Numbered from the stretch's first letter, positions 37,455 to 50,158 are shown. The stretch is DNA of 55,196 nt from Octopus bimaculoides (GCF_001194135.2 NC_068989.1:54633280-54688475); one strand, 5' to 3'. The notes: generated by a model from the sequence alone, not told the origin. Made by a program: numbers and translations.

Positions 37455-37798
37455 AAAGGGTAAAGGCCCCCTTCGGTCCTGAATGACTATGGAATTTCAC
37501 CCATAACGTTAAACTCGGTGGCACAAGTCCGAGCAAGGTTGTTTATTGATGATCAGTAGTCACCCATGCATACCAACATCCCCTCTCCGTACCACCGATG
37601 TTATCCAAGGGAAAGGCAGAGGCCAATACAACTTGGCATCAGTGACGTTGCAAATCATTTCTACAGCTGAGTGAACATAAGGAATGTGAAATAGAGTGTC
37701 TTGCTCAAGAACACAACACATAGCCCGATCCGGGAATCGAACTCAGTACCTCATGATTGTGAGTCCGAAGCTCTAACCACTGAGCCACGCGTCTTCAC
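37455..37798 (-). mobile_element. SINE family B, full length
   Basis: Head GTGAAGACGCGTGGCTCAGTGGTTAGAGC..GAGTTCGATTCCC, core TTCTTGAGCAAGACACT, tail GACCGAAGGGGGCCTTTACCCTTT. Confidence 0.9.
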
Positions 37799-38269
37799 TA
37801 CTTTTGAGTTATACTTTATTTTATAGAAAAGCAATGCCCATGATCCCTTACAAACCAATCGAGATTTCTGCTGGGCGTAATTAAACTGAACCCGAAAAGC
37901 TTGATCAAATGTTTACAACAGAACAAACCCTGCGACAAGCAGCCAAAGTGCCAGGTGCTGATGATGGTGTTAAATCGGACAATAGATAAAATACCCAATG
38001 AAAATATTACAGTTTTACGTAAGCGTTATAATTTACCTGCAGCTGTCCGAAACCTTGTTTGCACAACGGATCGATTTCATGCAAGACAATTTATTCCCGC
38101 TTCTTTGATGAAGATATATACAGATAAACTTCTTTCCCTTTACTCTGTCGGAGTAAAGGGAAAGAAGTTTATATATATATAAACTTGAAACTTACTTGTA
38201 AATGGACGCGTGCGTTCGATGATATAATAAATATACATACATACATGCATACATGCATACATATAAACA

Positions 38270-38430
38270 CACACATACACAACGGGTTTCTTTCAGTTTT
38301 CCTCTACCAAATCCACTCAGCGGCGTTGGTTCGCCCGAGGTTACAGTAGTAAAAACTAAGCTAAGGTGCCACATAGAGGGACTGACTCCGGAACTATGTG
38401 GCTGCGAAGCAAACTTCTTACGACACACCC
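38270..38430 (-). mobile_element. SINE family C, 5' half
   Basis: GGGTTTCTTTCAGTTTTCCTCTACCAAATCCACTCA..AAGGTGCCAC..CCGGAACTATGTGG. Confidence 0.82.
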
Positions 38431-38534
38431 TTATATTGCATATATATTATATATGTAATGCAAAAGGCACCCTCCAGATTACGTTTGTAAATGAAATAGA
38501 AATGCAATTTAATTTTGTTTTTTCTGTGCGGCCC

Positions 38535-38740
38535 AAAACCAAATGGTCACAGGTGCCAAGCTGTATCAGCCTTTGCCTTTCCCTTGGATAACACTGGTGG
38601 CGTGGAGAGGGGATGCTGGTATGCATGGGCGTCTGCTGGTCTTCCATAAACAACCTTGCCCAGACTTGTATCTGGGAGGGTAACTTTGTAGGTGCAATCC
38701 CATGGTCAGTCATGACCGAAGGGTTTCTCAGATCAACTCT
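38535..38740 (+). mobile_element. SINE family B, 3' part
   Basis: GCCAAGCTGTATCAGCCTTTGCCTTTCCCTTGGATAACA..GGAGAGGGGATGCTGGTATGCATGGG..CATGACCGAAGG. Confidence 0.85.
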
Positions 38741-38801
38741 AGGCACAAAACCCAAAACTTTTGGGGAGGGGGCCAGTCAATTAGAACGCCCNNNNNNNNN
38801 N

Positions 38802-39110
38802 GCCTCGACGGAATTTGAACTCAGAACGTAACGGCAGACGAAATACCGCTAAGCATTTCGTCCGGCGCGCTAACTTTTCCTATTTCTTTATTGCCCACAA
38901 GGGGCTAAATATAGAGGGGACAAACAAGGACAGATAAAGGGATTAAGTCGATTACATCGACCCCAATGCGTAACTGGTATTTATTTAATCGACCCCGAAA
39001 GGACGAAAGGCAAAGTCGACTTCGGTGGAATTTGAACTCAGAATGTAAAGACAGACGAAATACCACTAAGCATTTCGCCCGGCGTGCTAACGTTCCTGCA
39101 AGCTCGCCGC
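38802..39110 (-). mobile_element. SINE family D, tandem head-to-tail pair
   Basis: A complete copy (39110 to 38885) is followed directly by a second copy starting at GTTAGCGCGCCGG and running into the gap. Confidence 0.88.
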
Positions 39111-40559
39111 ATTTAAGGATTTATATATATAAAAAGAACAAATATAGTGTCACTGAAATGTACAATTATGATGCTAACTAAATTTATGGACCTTTATTTC
39201 ATGTTATTTATTTCTTTTTCGCCATATTGCTTTAAGTTTTACAAACTTCTGTAAATTATCCCACAACTGAATATACACTGATGATCGATTAAATAATCTA
39301 GCTTCATTCTGCAAATCATTTCACTAAGAGGCTAAGCCAGTTTATGCACATCAAGCTTTTTTCACTCATACGCCGTGTTGAGTCTCCTGTGATTTTCGTC
39401 GCTGTGCTGCGTTTATCAAAGACTGTTCTGTAAGGTGGTAGAACATAACACATTGTACCTCAGCTAATGTCATGGCTGACGACTAATCTAAACGAGGGTG
39501 TTAAGTCGGTCCCTTTGCAAATTCCTCATATCATACTTATTCACTCTTTTATGCCATACTTTTATAACAGACATTCCTTCACGGTTAGTGTAAATAATGC
39601 TTTGCGTACATCGAATCTAACGATAGGCATCTCTGTAGAAAGCAAGGAGAGAAAGCATAATGACAAAAATTATAATAAATACACGGTTATTCAAATAAAC
39701 AAATAAACATCTCAATTGAATAAATAAATGAATAAATGAATAAATAAATCAATAAATAAATAAATAAATAAATTCTTTCTGAAAGTAGTTCCACCCAGAT
39801 CAACTTGATTGCATTGGACGGGAATTTCTGAAAGGCTTGGTATGAAAGCGGTGGTGTATTGAAGTTATAACGGCAACTAAGTGAATAAACAAACAACTAA
39901 ATAAACAGATGAATAGATAAGTAAATTAGGTGTGTTAAAGAATGCACAATCTCAGAGCTTTCATATTATTTGCGTTCGAGTGTTTTATTATAATTTTATC
40001 ATCATCATTATTATGATTATTATTATTATTATTATTATTAACATCATCATTATTGTTGTTGTTGTTGTTATTGCTGTTGTTGTTGTTACTGTTGTAATTA
40101 TTATCATTATTATTATTATTGGTAGAGTCGTGGGGATCATGGCGGTGGTTAAGGCTTAGACTGTTGCTCGGTTGGTCTGTTGGTTGGCTGGTTGGTGTTC
40201 TTTCTCTTGTTGTTACAAACGATAGTAGTGGTAACAATGTCGGTAGTGGTGCTCTTGGTGCTGTTGCTGCTGTTATTGTTGTTAAGACTCCGGTCCCTAG
40301 ACTGTAAGGTTTCATTTGAGGGATTTAGGCTGCTTTTTCTTGCAGGCCGAGTATCACCGAATATACTCTCCTGCTGATAAGAGCGCAAATTGTAGATGCG
40401 GTGGTCAACATAGTTGTATTGGTGATAAGGGTAGTAGTTGTGGTGGAGGTATTAGCGCTGGAGATGGTGGTAATAATTCCGACGATGGTGGGAGTGATAC
40501 TAGCGATGGGTGGTGGGTGGGGTATGATCCATTATAGACTCTTTTCAAATTTCTCTCAG

Positions 40560-40619
40560 AGAAGGAGTTGTGGCGCAAAGAAAAGAAGTTGCCTACCGAT
40601 AAACACGTCACGCTGAAAG
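40560..40619 (+). other. Candidate 60-nt symmetric (phase 1-1) exon (unverified)
   Basis: CTTTTCAAATTTCTCTCAG acceptor and AAG|GTAAGA donor. Only one frame is open: xKELWRKEKKLPTDKHVTLKx. No homolog recognised. Confidence 0.35.
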
Positions 40620-40782
40620 GTAAGAGAGAGGAGCGAGCTGAGACCGAGTAAAGTGGGCTTACTTTTTAATATCTGACTGAAGTGTGAATGGACGCCTAAC
40701 TTAGTACTACAGAGCGCTTAGCTGGAATTGGGGAGGTACAGGGATCAATTTTCAATAGTGTCTTGTTGACCATTTTTTTAAA

Positions 40783-40992
40783 GAGCGGCAATCTGGCAGA
40801 ATCGTTAACAAGCAGTGAAGACTGTTTAGCAGCATTTCGTCCGTCTTCACGTTTTGAGTTCAATTTCCGCCGTGGTCCACTTCACTTTTCATCTTTTCAA
40901 GTTCGATAAAGTACCAGTTGAGTCCTGAGGTTGATATAATCGACTTAACTTTCTCTCAAAACTGCTGGCCTTATGCCAAAATTTGAAACCAA
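40783..40992 (+). mobile_element. SINE family D, diverged, with the CCTTATGCCAAAATTTGAAACC tail
   Basis: GCGGCAATCTGGCAGAATCGTTA..TTGAGTTCAATTTCCGCCG.. Confidence 0.8.
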
Positions 40993-41282
40993 TATCCGAC
41001 TGATGAGTGCCAGTTAGGATAAAACGCTTGGGATTGGTCTTCAGGATAATTCAAGATCTAAGTATCTACTTAGTTTGTCGATTGCCTTTAGGCGGCTGTC
41101 CTATTGGGCACATTTTTACTCGACGTTAGCCGCCAATGTAGTTCATCTCGTATCTGTACTCACACCCAATATCTTGCGCTCTTTCTAAAGATGAAGTTAT
41201 TTTTGTTGTTTTCATGCAAAAAGCAATTACATAGTAATTTAGGAGCTACGAATATTATCATACGGTTTGTTGACAACACATC

Positions 41283-41900
41283 TCAAATCTCAAGAACCTT
41301 CCTTGCAGTATACAGAATAGCACCTTTTTTTCTGCATGTCGATAATACATCTTTCAATTCTTAAATCCTTCAGCATCTCAGATAGAACTGGGTGCAACAA
41401 TAATCACAATGTTTTTATCGCTCTGGATAGGTCCTAATTTTGTCAGTTTCCTTGATAAAAACCCTTTTGTTTCCTAGTATTTCAAAGTCTGTAACCTTTT
41501 CACTGTTCCTTTTATTTACCACAATCATATGTAAGCTTGCTTCAATAGTATGATCAACGTCTATACGGAAATCCCTTAAAATTTTGCATTGGTCACAATC
41601 ATACCACTTTTTTATCATTTCAAATCCTCTACACTTGGCTAAAATAATGCACTATTTTGTGTTTATACTGAATTTCAGCTCGCTCTTTGTACACTCTAAA
41701 ATGATGTGAACATTTTCGTCCCCTTTTCCATAGATTCTTCGTTTGTTGCCTGTTTAAGGTCTATCGTGTTTTCTCTTTATCAAATTCATTCTGATGGCTT
41801 GTTCCTTGTGGTTATAATTAGTGATTCGGATTATCGCATCAGATGATCACTTCAGGTGATCGCTTTTGATATCCATCTCACCACAACCGGCTTTCTTTAT
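41283..41900 (-). mobile_element. Decayed R4-type RLE non-LTR retrotransposon (CCHC and endonuclease)
   Basis: EQAIRMNLIK..KRRIYGKGDENVHIILEC (degenerate CCHC), KKWYD.DQCKILRDFRIDVDHTIEA..MIVVNK..VTDFEILGNKRV.IKE.DKI, MQKKGAILYTARKVLEI*. Confidence 0.8.
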
Positions 41901-42119
41901 TTCCTTCCTCACTATGTACAAAAATCCAGAACATGTGGTGCCTTCTAAATTTAACAAACTTATCTCTCTATCCCTTCTTGAAAAAAAAAAAAACAAAAAA
42001 AAACAGAGGATATGAATATTACGTATACGGTAAAATGTATTATGCACACTGTGAGCAGTTTTCTGGATCTTATATCCAAGCTCTTGTAGTTGTGTTTTTG
42101 TCACGTAAAAAATGCATCA

Positions 42120-42345
42120 GTACCATCATCTTCATCATCATCATCATGATCGTCGTCATCATCGTCATCATCATCATCCTTATCGTCGTCATCATCATCA
42201 TCATCACCATCACCGTCATCGACGTCATCATCATCATAAACATCATCATCATCGTCATCATCGTCATCATCATTATCGTCATCGCCGTTGTCATCATCGT
42301 CATCGTCATCGTCATCAAATACATCATAGCCACGATCATCCTGTC
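42120..42345. repeat. Degenerate (CAT)/(CGT)n tract
   Basis: Direct reading. It gives the poly-His and poly-Met ORFs. Confidence 0.92.
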
Positions 42346-42413
42346 TATGGCATATGCAGGATATTCATTCTAAAGTTAATTAACCGATCTTGCACTCGTA
42401 AATTAAACAAATC

Positions 42414-42454
<41 letters not shown>

Positions 42455-42929
42455 CTGGATACGATTTACGAACGCTGTGACGGTTAAAATCTTAGGTGTA
42501 TTCCTCTTAGTAAATTTAAGTATGAAAATGCACACTACGGGCACGTTAACAACTTATGCTGTATGTGATTTATCGGAGGAAAAGCTGCTGCGTAGAGACT
42601 CCCTCGTGATATCGATAAAGATAGTGGAGTTGCTGTGGAGACGGTGAGGGAGTTGCAGCTGTTGTTATTTAGCCACAGGTCAGACATAATTGAGTTTAAT
42701 CATATGGAAAGCGTTACAGATGCGATTGTTCTTTCATTTTGTGCATCTAGAATATTTTACAAGGTAAAGTGTGATTTGAGGGAAGTTAGCTACTATATCT
42801 ATCCGTTCAGATGACTGCCACTCAGAGGCAAATCACTTCTACTAAAGGAAAAGAGGGATTTCAGTTTAGTTCTTGGATTGGAATGGGAATCACATAAGAG
42901 TTAGTGAGAGAGAAACGCATGCAATGTAC

Positions 42930-43320
42930 CGACTGGATTTAAGCTAGGCTAAATTTACTCAGATAGGTTTGGTTAAGCCGTATTTAGCTTAATAGAAGCA
43001 CATGGAGTAGTCTTTTAAGCCATGTTTTAGGACATCATAGCCCTTTCGGCTAGGGAGTTGTAGTTTGCCGAGATATATTTGCTTGTAGGAAGTTTGTCAG
43101 TTATTACTTGGAGGAATTTGTCCATTTACCTTCTGAATGCTATAAGCTCTTTTTCTTCTTTGATTTCTTTTTCTTTTTTCGAGATAATGTTGGATAAGAA
43201 AGAACCAGTTAGGATAAAATTGTTTTGTCGCAATATTGTTATGTGAAACGAGCACGACTATTGAAGGAACCGTATGGCCCTGGATCTAAACCTTGAATAA
43301 CTTGTGAACTTAATACCGAC
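42930..43320 (-). mobile_element. Probable CR1/L2-like LINE C-terminal relic
   Basis: FRR*MDKFLQVITDKLPTSKYISANYNSL resembles the FK..LDKFL..IPD.P...Y....NSL terminus of CR1-like ORF2. Confidence 0.45.
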
Positions 43321-44685
43321 ATCGTTTTGTCGGTCAGCAGCGGTGTAGAGAATAAATTCCGAGCATTTTTAAGCGATCCTAATAGTCAAATGCTGTTAAG
43401 CCATTTATTTATTTATCTATTTATTTATTCACTTATTTATTTAATGTATGCGTGTGATCGATTTCTAAAGTGCTTCAGTTACCATAACGGTTTGTTTTGT
43501 TTAAATAGACCACAATGACTGTGGGCAGCAATGTCCAAGGTGTGAGATTTTGAAAACATAGAGAAGCGAAGGATGGTTCTATCAGGACCTCTGGAGTAGA
43601 AAGTGCAAAGGAGCCATAATCACATTGTACGGATAGCATAGATTCAGCAAGTGATGTGCGTTAGACGTAGTGAGGAGAATACGAAAAAGTGATACTAGAG
43701 GATGTGATATACAGTTTGTGGGATTAAAGGAACAGAGAACATATTAGTAGTGCTAAAGGATGCATAGATATGAAACAGCATATCTATGACTGAGTAGCTG
43801 AGCCATTGAGATGATTTATATTCTTTTAGATGCGAGTAAGGTTTTAAGTGTATGTGGAAGTAATTACCCAGAAATGTGAGCAATATAGCAATGTGAGTAA
43901 CATTTCTTGGGGATGAGAAGTGACGATTAAAAAAAGTTGGAATATTTTCTGATCGTGTGAAAAGAAAGAATTTAAACTTTGGAATGTGAGCGATCCAGAA
44001 ATTCCAACGCACTTCTCAATTCGAGATCTGAAATTTTTAGCAGGTGTAGACACATGAACAGTTTTCTTTTATCGAACTGGAAGGCACCACCCACTCCAGA
44101 TTGAGTCTCCCAGAATTAGACATATTTTCTGTTATTGTCTTCTAAACCAGTTGTATTTAATGAACTTTCTGCAATGAGGGAGGACGAGGGTCGTTATTCT
44201 AGATTTCGTTTCTTTTTTCTCGTTCCAGTTTTTGCACCAACTTTCTTTACGTTTATTTCCATGTTTTTTTTTACTTATTTTATTGCTCACCAACGTCCTT
44301 CTTTCTAAAAAAATATATATAATGCATAAACATAACCTAATAGATTGCTTTAAGATACATGGCGTAATTTATAAATGTGCCTGTTCAAGTATCATAATAG
44401 TATGAAACTAATAGTGGCTCTTTCGGTTGTGTAATTTTACACACACACACGAAGATACATGCATACGTACATAATACCTACGTATATACATGCGTACATA
44501 TATACATGCATACATACATACACGCACACACGTATACTTACATACATACAGACAGACACACGTATACATACATACATTTATGCATACATGCATGCATGCA
44601 TTCATACATAAATATATAACTATACATATATGCGTGTTTGCGTGTGTGTGTGTGTTATATCAACGTCTTACACACACACTCTCAA

Positions 44686-44717
<32 letters not shown>

Positions 44718-44737
44718 TTATATATATATATACACAT

Positions 44738-44794
<57 letters not shown>

Positions 44795-45234
44795 CACACA
44801 CTCAGTAATTTCGTCGTTGACGGGATCAGTTTGTCATGTACCCATTAGGGGATAGGAAGATATAATGAATAAATCGTGATAAATGTGTGAACTTGGGTAT
44901 ATAGAAATGCTGGAATTTAAGTAAGGCTAGACGGAGAATATGACGTCTATGAAACAGTGACTGGAGGACTTTAGTAAACATAATAGTCTTGCGTTAGAAA
45001 TCGTTTGATATTCTTGGGAAATATTTTTGATGAAGGGGCATAAATCAATGAATGCAGTTATAAGGAATGCTGCATATAATGAAATTAAAGACCAATGTAG
45101 TTAAAAGCTTTATGAACTGTAAGCTATCTATTTAAAATCTAATCACTTCTATAGGTCTTTAATGTGTTATTATCAACTCATTTTAAAATCAACACTTTAA
45201 ATAATTTGGTCAGTAGCACTTTAGATGTTTATTG

Positions 45235-45400
45235 TATTGTGTGGTCTAATGGTTAGGATGTTAAGCTCATGGTCATAAGATCTTGGGTTCGATTTCTGGA
45301 CTGGGCGGCTCGTTGTACCTTTGTTCTAGGCGCTTTGTTTCACGTTGCTTCCGTCTACTCATGTGAACATGTTTACCAACCCAGTGCTAATGAAGCCCCT
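45235..45400 (+). mobile_element. SINE family A/B, old copy
   Basis: GTGGTCTAATGGTTAGGATG..GGGTTCGATTTCTGGACTGGGCG..TTTCACGTTGCT. Confidence 0.7.
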
Positions 45401-45911
45401 CTCCTTCTAGTTGCTACATCCCGAGTGTTCTGCTAGCTCATGGGTGGAAGGATTAACATACTTTCTATGTGTGCTTATGAGCACATGTGTGCCTAAACCA
45501 TTTCCAGGAAAAGGTACATGCTGCTACGTCATATACTCATGCAAGTGACAGCATGCATGTATGAATCTATATTAAGGCGAACGAAATATGACGCATATTA
45601 TGCGTATATACGTCTTGAACGCATATGCATTAGGGGTTGGTTAGGTGCGTGTGTATATAGATTTTCTGAGTACTTTTAATCCGTTTTCTTTCTTTAGCCA
45701 ACTGTTGGTCCTTAATGAAAAGGACAGTGGATTATGGTCGGTTGGATTTATAGCATGTTTTCAACGAAGTACTAAAGATCATTTATTATTCCTTCTCACT
45801 TTCTAGAGCGCCAGTTGCAAGTGTCCATAAAGATTTTTTTAGATTGTAAAGATTCTATGTAATTTCATTAGTTTTCGTTAAATCTCAAATTCATTTGTAA
45901 AAAGATTTATT

Positions 45912-46125
45912 CTTTTCTACTTTAGGTACGAGGACTGAAATTTTGGGGGAAAAGGGCCAGTCGATTAGATCGACCTCAGTACGCAACTGATACTTAATTT
46001 ATCGACCCCGAAAAGATGAAAGCCAAAGTCGACCTCGGCAGAATTTGAACTCAGAACGTAAACACAGACGAAATACCGCTAAGCATTTCGGCCGACGCGC
46101 TAGCGCTTCTACCAGTTCGCCGCAT
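45912..46125 (-). mobile_element. SINE family D with the CCTCGTACCTAAAGTAGAAAAGAAT tail
   Basis: Complete head and body on the reverse complement. Confidence 0.9.
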
Positions 46126-46269
46126 TAAAAGAAAATCTCATTATAAGAAAATATAGGTAGTGCTCCAGCTACTGACCGAAACAAATACAAGAATAAAAGA
46201 GTAAAAGAATATCCAGAAGTGGAGGTAATACTGAAATCCAGTTCAACTGAAAACTTGCTGGTTAATTTG

Positions 46270-47750
46270 ATGGTTATTTATGTTTACAGGACTGGAATGC
46301 GTTAATGTGTTGCTAGCCATGTGTTAGTGAAGTAAATGTGATTGGCACTTTCCCATGTGATGATGTTTTCAAGATCTCTATTCATGAAATTGTTACAAAT
46401 TTGATGCGAAGTGTCTAGATTGCATGCGAATGATGTTTGAGTGGTTTGTCAAGAGGGGATGAAGGATGATATTATCTGCATATTCTAGGCGACGCGTGTT
46501 GTTACAGTTCGTTGATGTATACAAAGAAGAATATTGGTGGTTAGAACTGAACTCTTTAGCATTTCAGAATTGATAAAATGTATGTCAAAGAGTTCCGTCA
46601 TCATACGCCACAATGATGTGATCTAACAGGAACCCGCCGTTCCAAGACATGAAAAGCGCTTGCGTCATATAAGCGGGTAGTTTTGCCTGGAGAGCGGTGT
46701 ACTGAATACGATCAAAAGATTTGCCGATATGTAGGTGAACAATGTTTTCGTCAAACTTCTTGAGAGCAAGATTCCTTTGGTGTGTAACATAAAAGAGTAG
46801 GACTCCAATAGATTTAAATTTACGTAAGTCGTATTTATGGTTATTAAGGTGGAGATATTCAAGGTGATAAAGAAGTTTGTTGTTAATAGAGGTCTACTTC
46901 GTTTTTGTTGCGTCGGAAGTAATTAAAACAGGGCGATAGTTTACTGGGTAAGTTTGGTTGCCCTCCTTGGGAATGGAGTGTACATTAGTCTACTTCCAAA
47001 TTCCAAAATATATCCATGTATAGAAAGGGAAGAGAGAGAGATAATAAATGGTTGATAAAGGGTAGTTCTCAGATGTATTGTTTGCTAGAAAAGGAAGAGA
47101 CATCGTCAGAGTTCATGAATTTGTTTGCTTTAAGCGACTGAAAGTATTTTCCGCACTTAGCATATATGTATGTGTATTAGCCTGGTAGAGTACAATTATT
47201 CGCTGTATGTCGTGAATAATCGGACTTAGCATTGGTAGTAAAGATGGAGGCTTTCTCTGCAGAAATACTGCTTACAGAAGTATTGATGGGGAGTAAAAAA
47301 AAGTTTAGATTGGATAGAGTTCCGTTTTGCAATGGAGAAAAGTGACCGGTTGCAGTTCTGGAAACAGGATAGCTTGTCAATTACGCATTGTACCGAGGCT
47401 TACTTCAAAGTTCGGACCTTTGTAATGTTGAGTAAAAGTAATCTAGTTTATAGGGAAAAGTGAGTTTCTAATGGCGTTGAAGCCATGTTTTTTCTTTTTT
47501 TCTTTTGGTGATGGGGTGGACTCACCTGTTCATTGCAGTTATAGGTACACCACTTGGGAGACTTTGGACTGTTAGTCTTTATTTGTGAGGGATGTGCTTA
47601 AGAAGATGTTTGCAGATACCGACATGACGTTGATATTTCTCATGTATGAAGAGTAAAGCACATTCACCGCTGTGTCAACAGAGGTGGTACAGTTCCCATT
47701 CTTACTGGGTTCTCCCTTTTTAGAAATGAACGTTGTCTTTATCATCAATA
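46270..47750 (-). mobile_element. Decayed L2/CR1/jockey-like LINE RT region (same type as 16.7-18.2 kb)
   Basis: WK*TNVHSIPKEGNQTYPVNYRPVLITS..INNKLLYHLE..HKYDLRK..SIGVLLFYVTHQ..LHIGKSFDRI..ALQAKLPAY, SSVL, EYADN. The core (46450-47010) is secure; the boundaries are approximate. Confidence 0.75.
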
Positions 47751-49289
47751 GCTTATTAAATCTATGAAATACATTAACATAAGAACCGTCGGATCACTAA
47801 AGGAAATAGAATATACCCCTTAATATATAATCCACTTTGAATCATTAATTACATCCATTTTGAATCTTTGATTACTTAATAGTTGGTCGGTAGTTCATAA
47901 AGCCCCTTCTCATTCTTTAGTCTTATCCGCCATTGTTCATCTTACCCACCACTCACACAACTTTTTACTAGATTTTAAACTGACACAACACCGTACGTCC
48001 ACTTCTTTTCATTATTACTGAAACTTTCTCTATCATCTCAACCCTGAAACGAAGAACAAGTGCCTGAATAGTTTACATTCTTCGTCCCTCACGATACAGC
48101 AACTCAACAAACTTTTCTATGTTAAATAAATAACACATTGCAACATTTAAATTCATAGATTGTGTTCTGTATTCAGACATTTCATATATTTTACTCTCCA
48201 TAAGATGTTTCACCTTAAGAAGCTTTTCTTTAAACAATAATCAAGTTACAGGTAGCTAAACAGGGAAATTTAGCCAACTGGTGAGCTGTATACAATGTTA
48301 CTAACTACCTTATGTTTCTGTGAAGAAAAGACATTTTTCGATAAGAATCGCAGTTTGAAACATTGATACTATTTTGTGAATTCGTGACTAATATTTTACA
48401 TTAACATTCTAATTGCTGCGTACTGTATTGATTTTTGTTAGCAAGAGAATTTCCTTAAATTTTAGTGGTTACATTTATTGTCGGTTTATCATTGACATCG
48501 CTAAAAATTATACACATATGCCCTGAAGAACTGAATAAATTACTTCATAACTCCATGAATCATTAATTAGATAGAAATGAGAATAAATGGATCATAAAGT
48601 ATTCTATAACACAGTAGTTATGATAACAGCTGTGTCTGAGCCTGTGCAAGTAATATAATTTTTTCTAGAAAAAGTTGACTATAAATATGAAAATATCCTC
48701 AATATGAAAATACCCATGTCAGCTGATGGTGAAATGGTCAACATTAATGGTGCCAACAAGTACTTCGTCATAGTTTTGAGATATTCTCAATTTGAAAATA
48801 AAATGCAACATGTGCTGCATGTCTTTTACAATGACATCGAGGAAACATTTGACGCATAACAAAAAAGAAAAAGAAAATCCCCATCTATTATCTAGTTTAG
48901 AGGTGTTAGATTCGATCTCAGGTGTCAACATATAAATCACTCAATGCAACCATTGGAAACACGACAGCTTGTATTTAAAAATAAATGAACCTGTCAACAC
49001 CTGAGCTAGTTCAGATCCATCCATCATACAGGTAAATATTCTCCGACTATGTTTTCATTGACAATAATTAGGGTTTCAAATTAGTGCCTTCCTCACAATT
49101 CTATTTACGAGAAACCAATCCAACATCCTATGTCGTTTTGTGGTACAAGCTGCAAAAGTGATTTTCATTTGATTCTTTGTAGAAAAACCATGCTAATGTG
49201 AACTAATTCGCAATAGGGATGCGTATTTTGATTATTCTAGACTGCAGCAATAAAGACTATCAGTCATTGATATTAATGAACTGGAAGAA

Positions 49290-49505
49290 GACGGCGAGAT
49301 GATAAAATCGTCAGCACGCCGTCCAAATTACCTAGCGGCATTTTCCCGGCTTTACATTTTAGGTTCAAATTTCGATGAAGTAGACTTTGCCTTTCATCCA
49401 TTCGTGATCGATAAAATAAGTACCGGTTGAGCAGCGGAGTTAATGTAATCGACTTATCCTCACAACACCAAAACTTCGCGTCTTGTGCCTATGAAAGAAA
49501 CGATA
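49290..49505 (+). mobile_element. SINE family D, degraded (further fragments at about 51620-51720, 51770-51860 and 52955-53040)
   Basis: GGTTCAAATTTCGATGAAGTAGACTTTGCCTTTCATCC..GATAAAATAAGTACC..GTCTTGTGCCTATG. Confidence 0.75.
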
Positions 49506-50122
49506 TTAATGAGATGCCAGATAAGCGCATTCCAAATTAAATTCATTGTTATCTTCTAAATAAAAATATTGTTGCAGAGAGATATATTACTTGAAATATT
49601 TCTACTATTTTTTATTTGTATGATTAATCGTAACGACATACGCTCCAATACAACTCATACTTGTTACTACAATAGATGTTAAAAAATATGATTTTCAAAT
49701 ATAACAGGAGCAGAATGAAATATAATTTCTTACAAATGCACAAAATCCTTTATGTACGTAAAAGATCATGAATATCGTTTGTCATCCGTATTTCTCTTCA
49801 GAGAGTCATCTAAAGTCTAATGAACTGGGTTCATCTGATAATCGAAGCCGAATTACTAGCAGAACTGGTTGGACGATTATGTCTTTCTCTGGTACAAGCA
49901 GAATATATGCAGTATAAACGTATTAAGACAAAGCTTCAAGTCTGTGCGAACCAAAACGTAACTATAGATCTGTAAAAAGTCGTTCCTGAACAACTGAACC
50001 TTTTGACTATACTATATCATGGAAAAAAATCAAAATAACTCCGGATTTATATTACAAAATTAATAAAATCTAAAGTGTTCTTTTACCATGAATAAAGTTC
50101 GCATATCTGAATACGTTTGTAT

Positions 50123-50158
<36 letters not shown>

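Noticed and set aside
42112-42480. His-rich 122-aa ORF
   Set aside because: It is a translation of a (CAT)n microsatellite.
43500-44100. Possible further L2-like LINE remnant (SRGPD motif)
   Set aside because: Only one short motif is recognisable, too weak to call.
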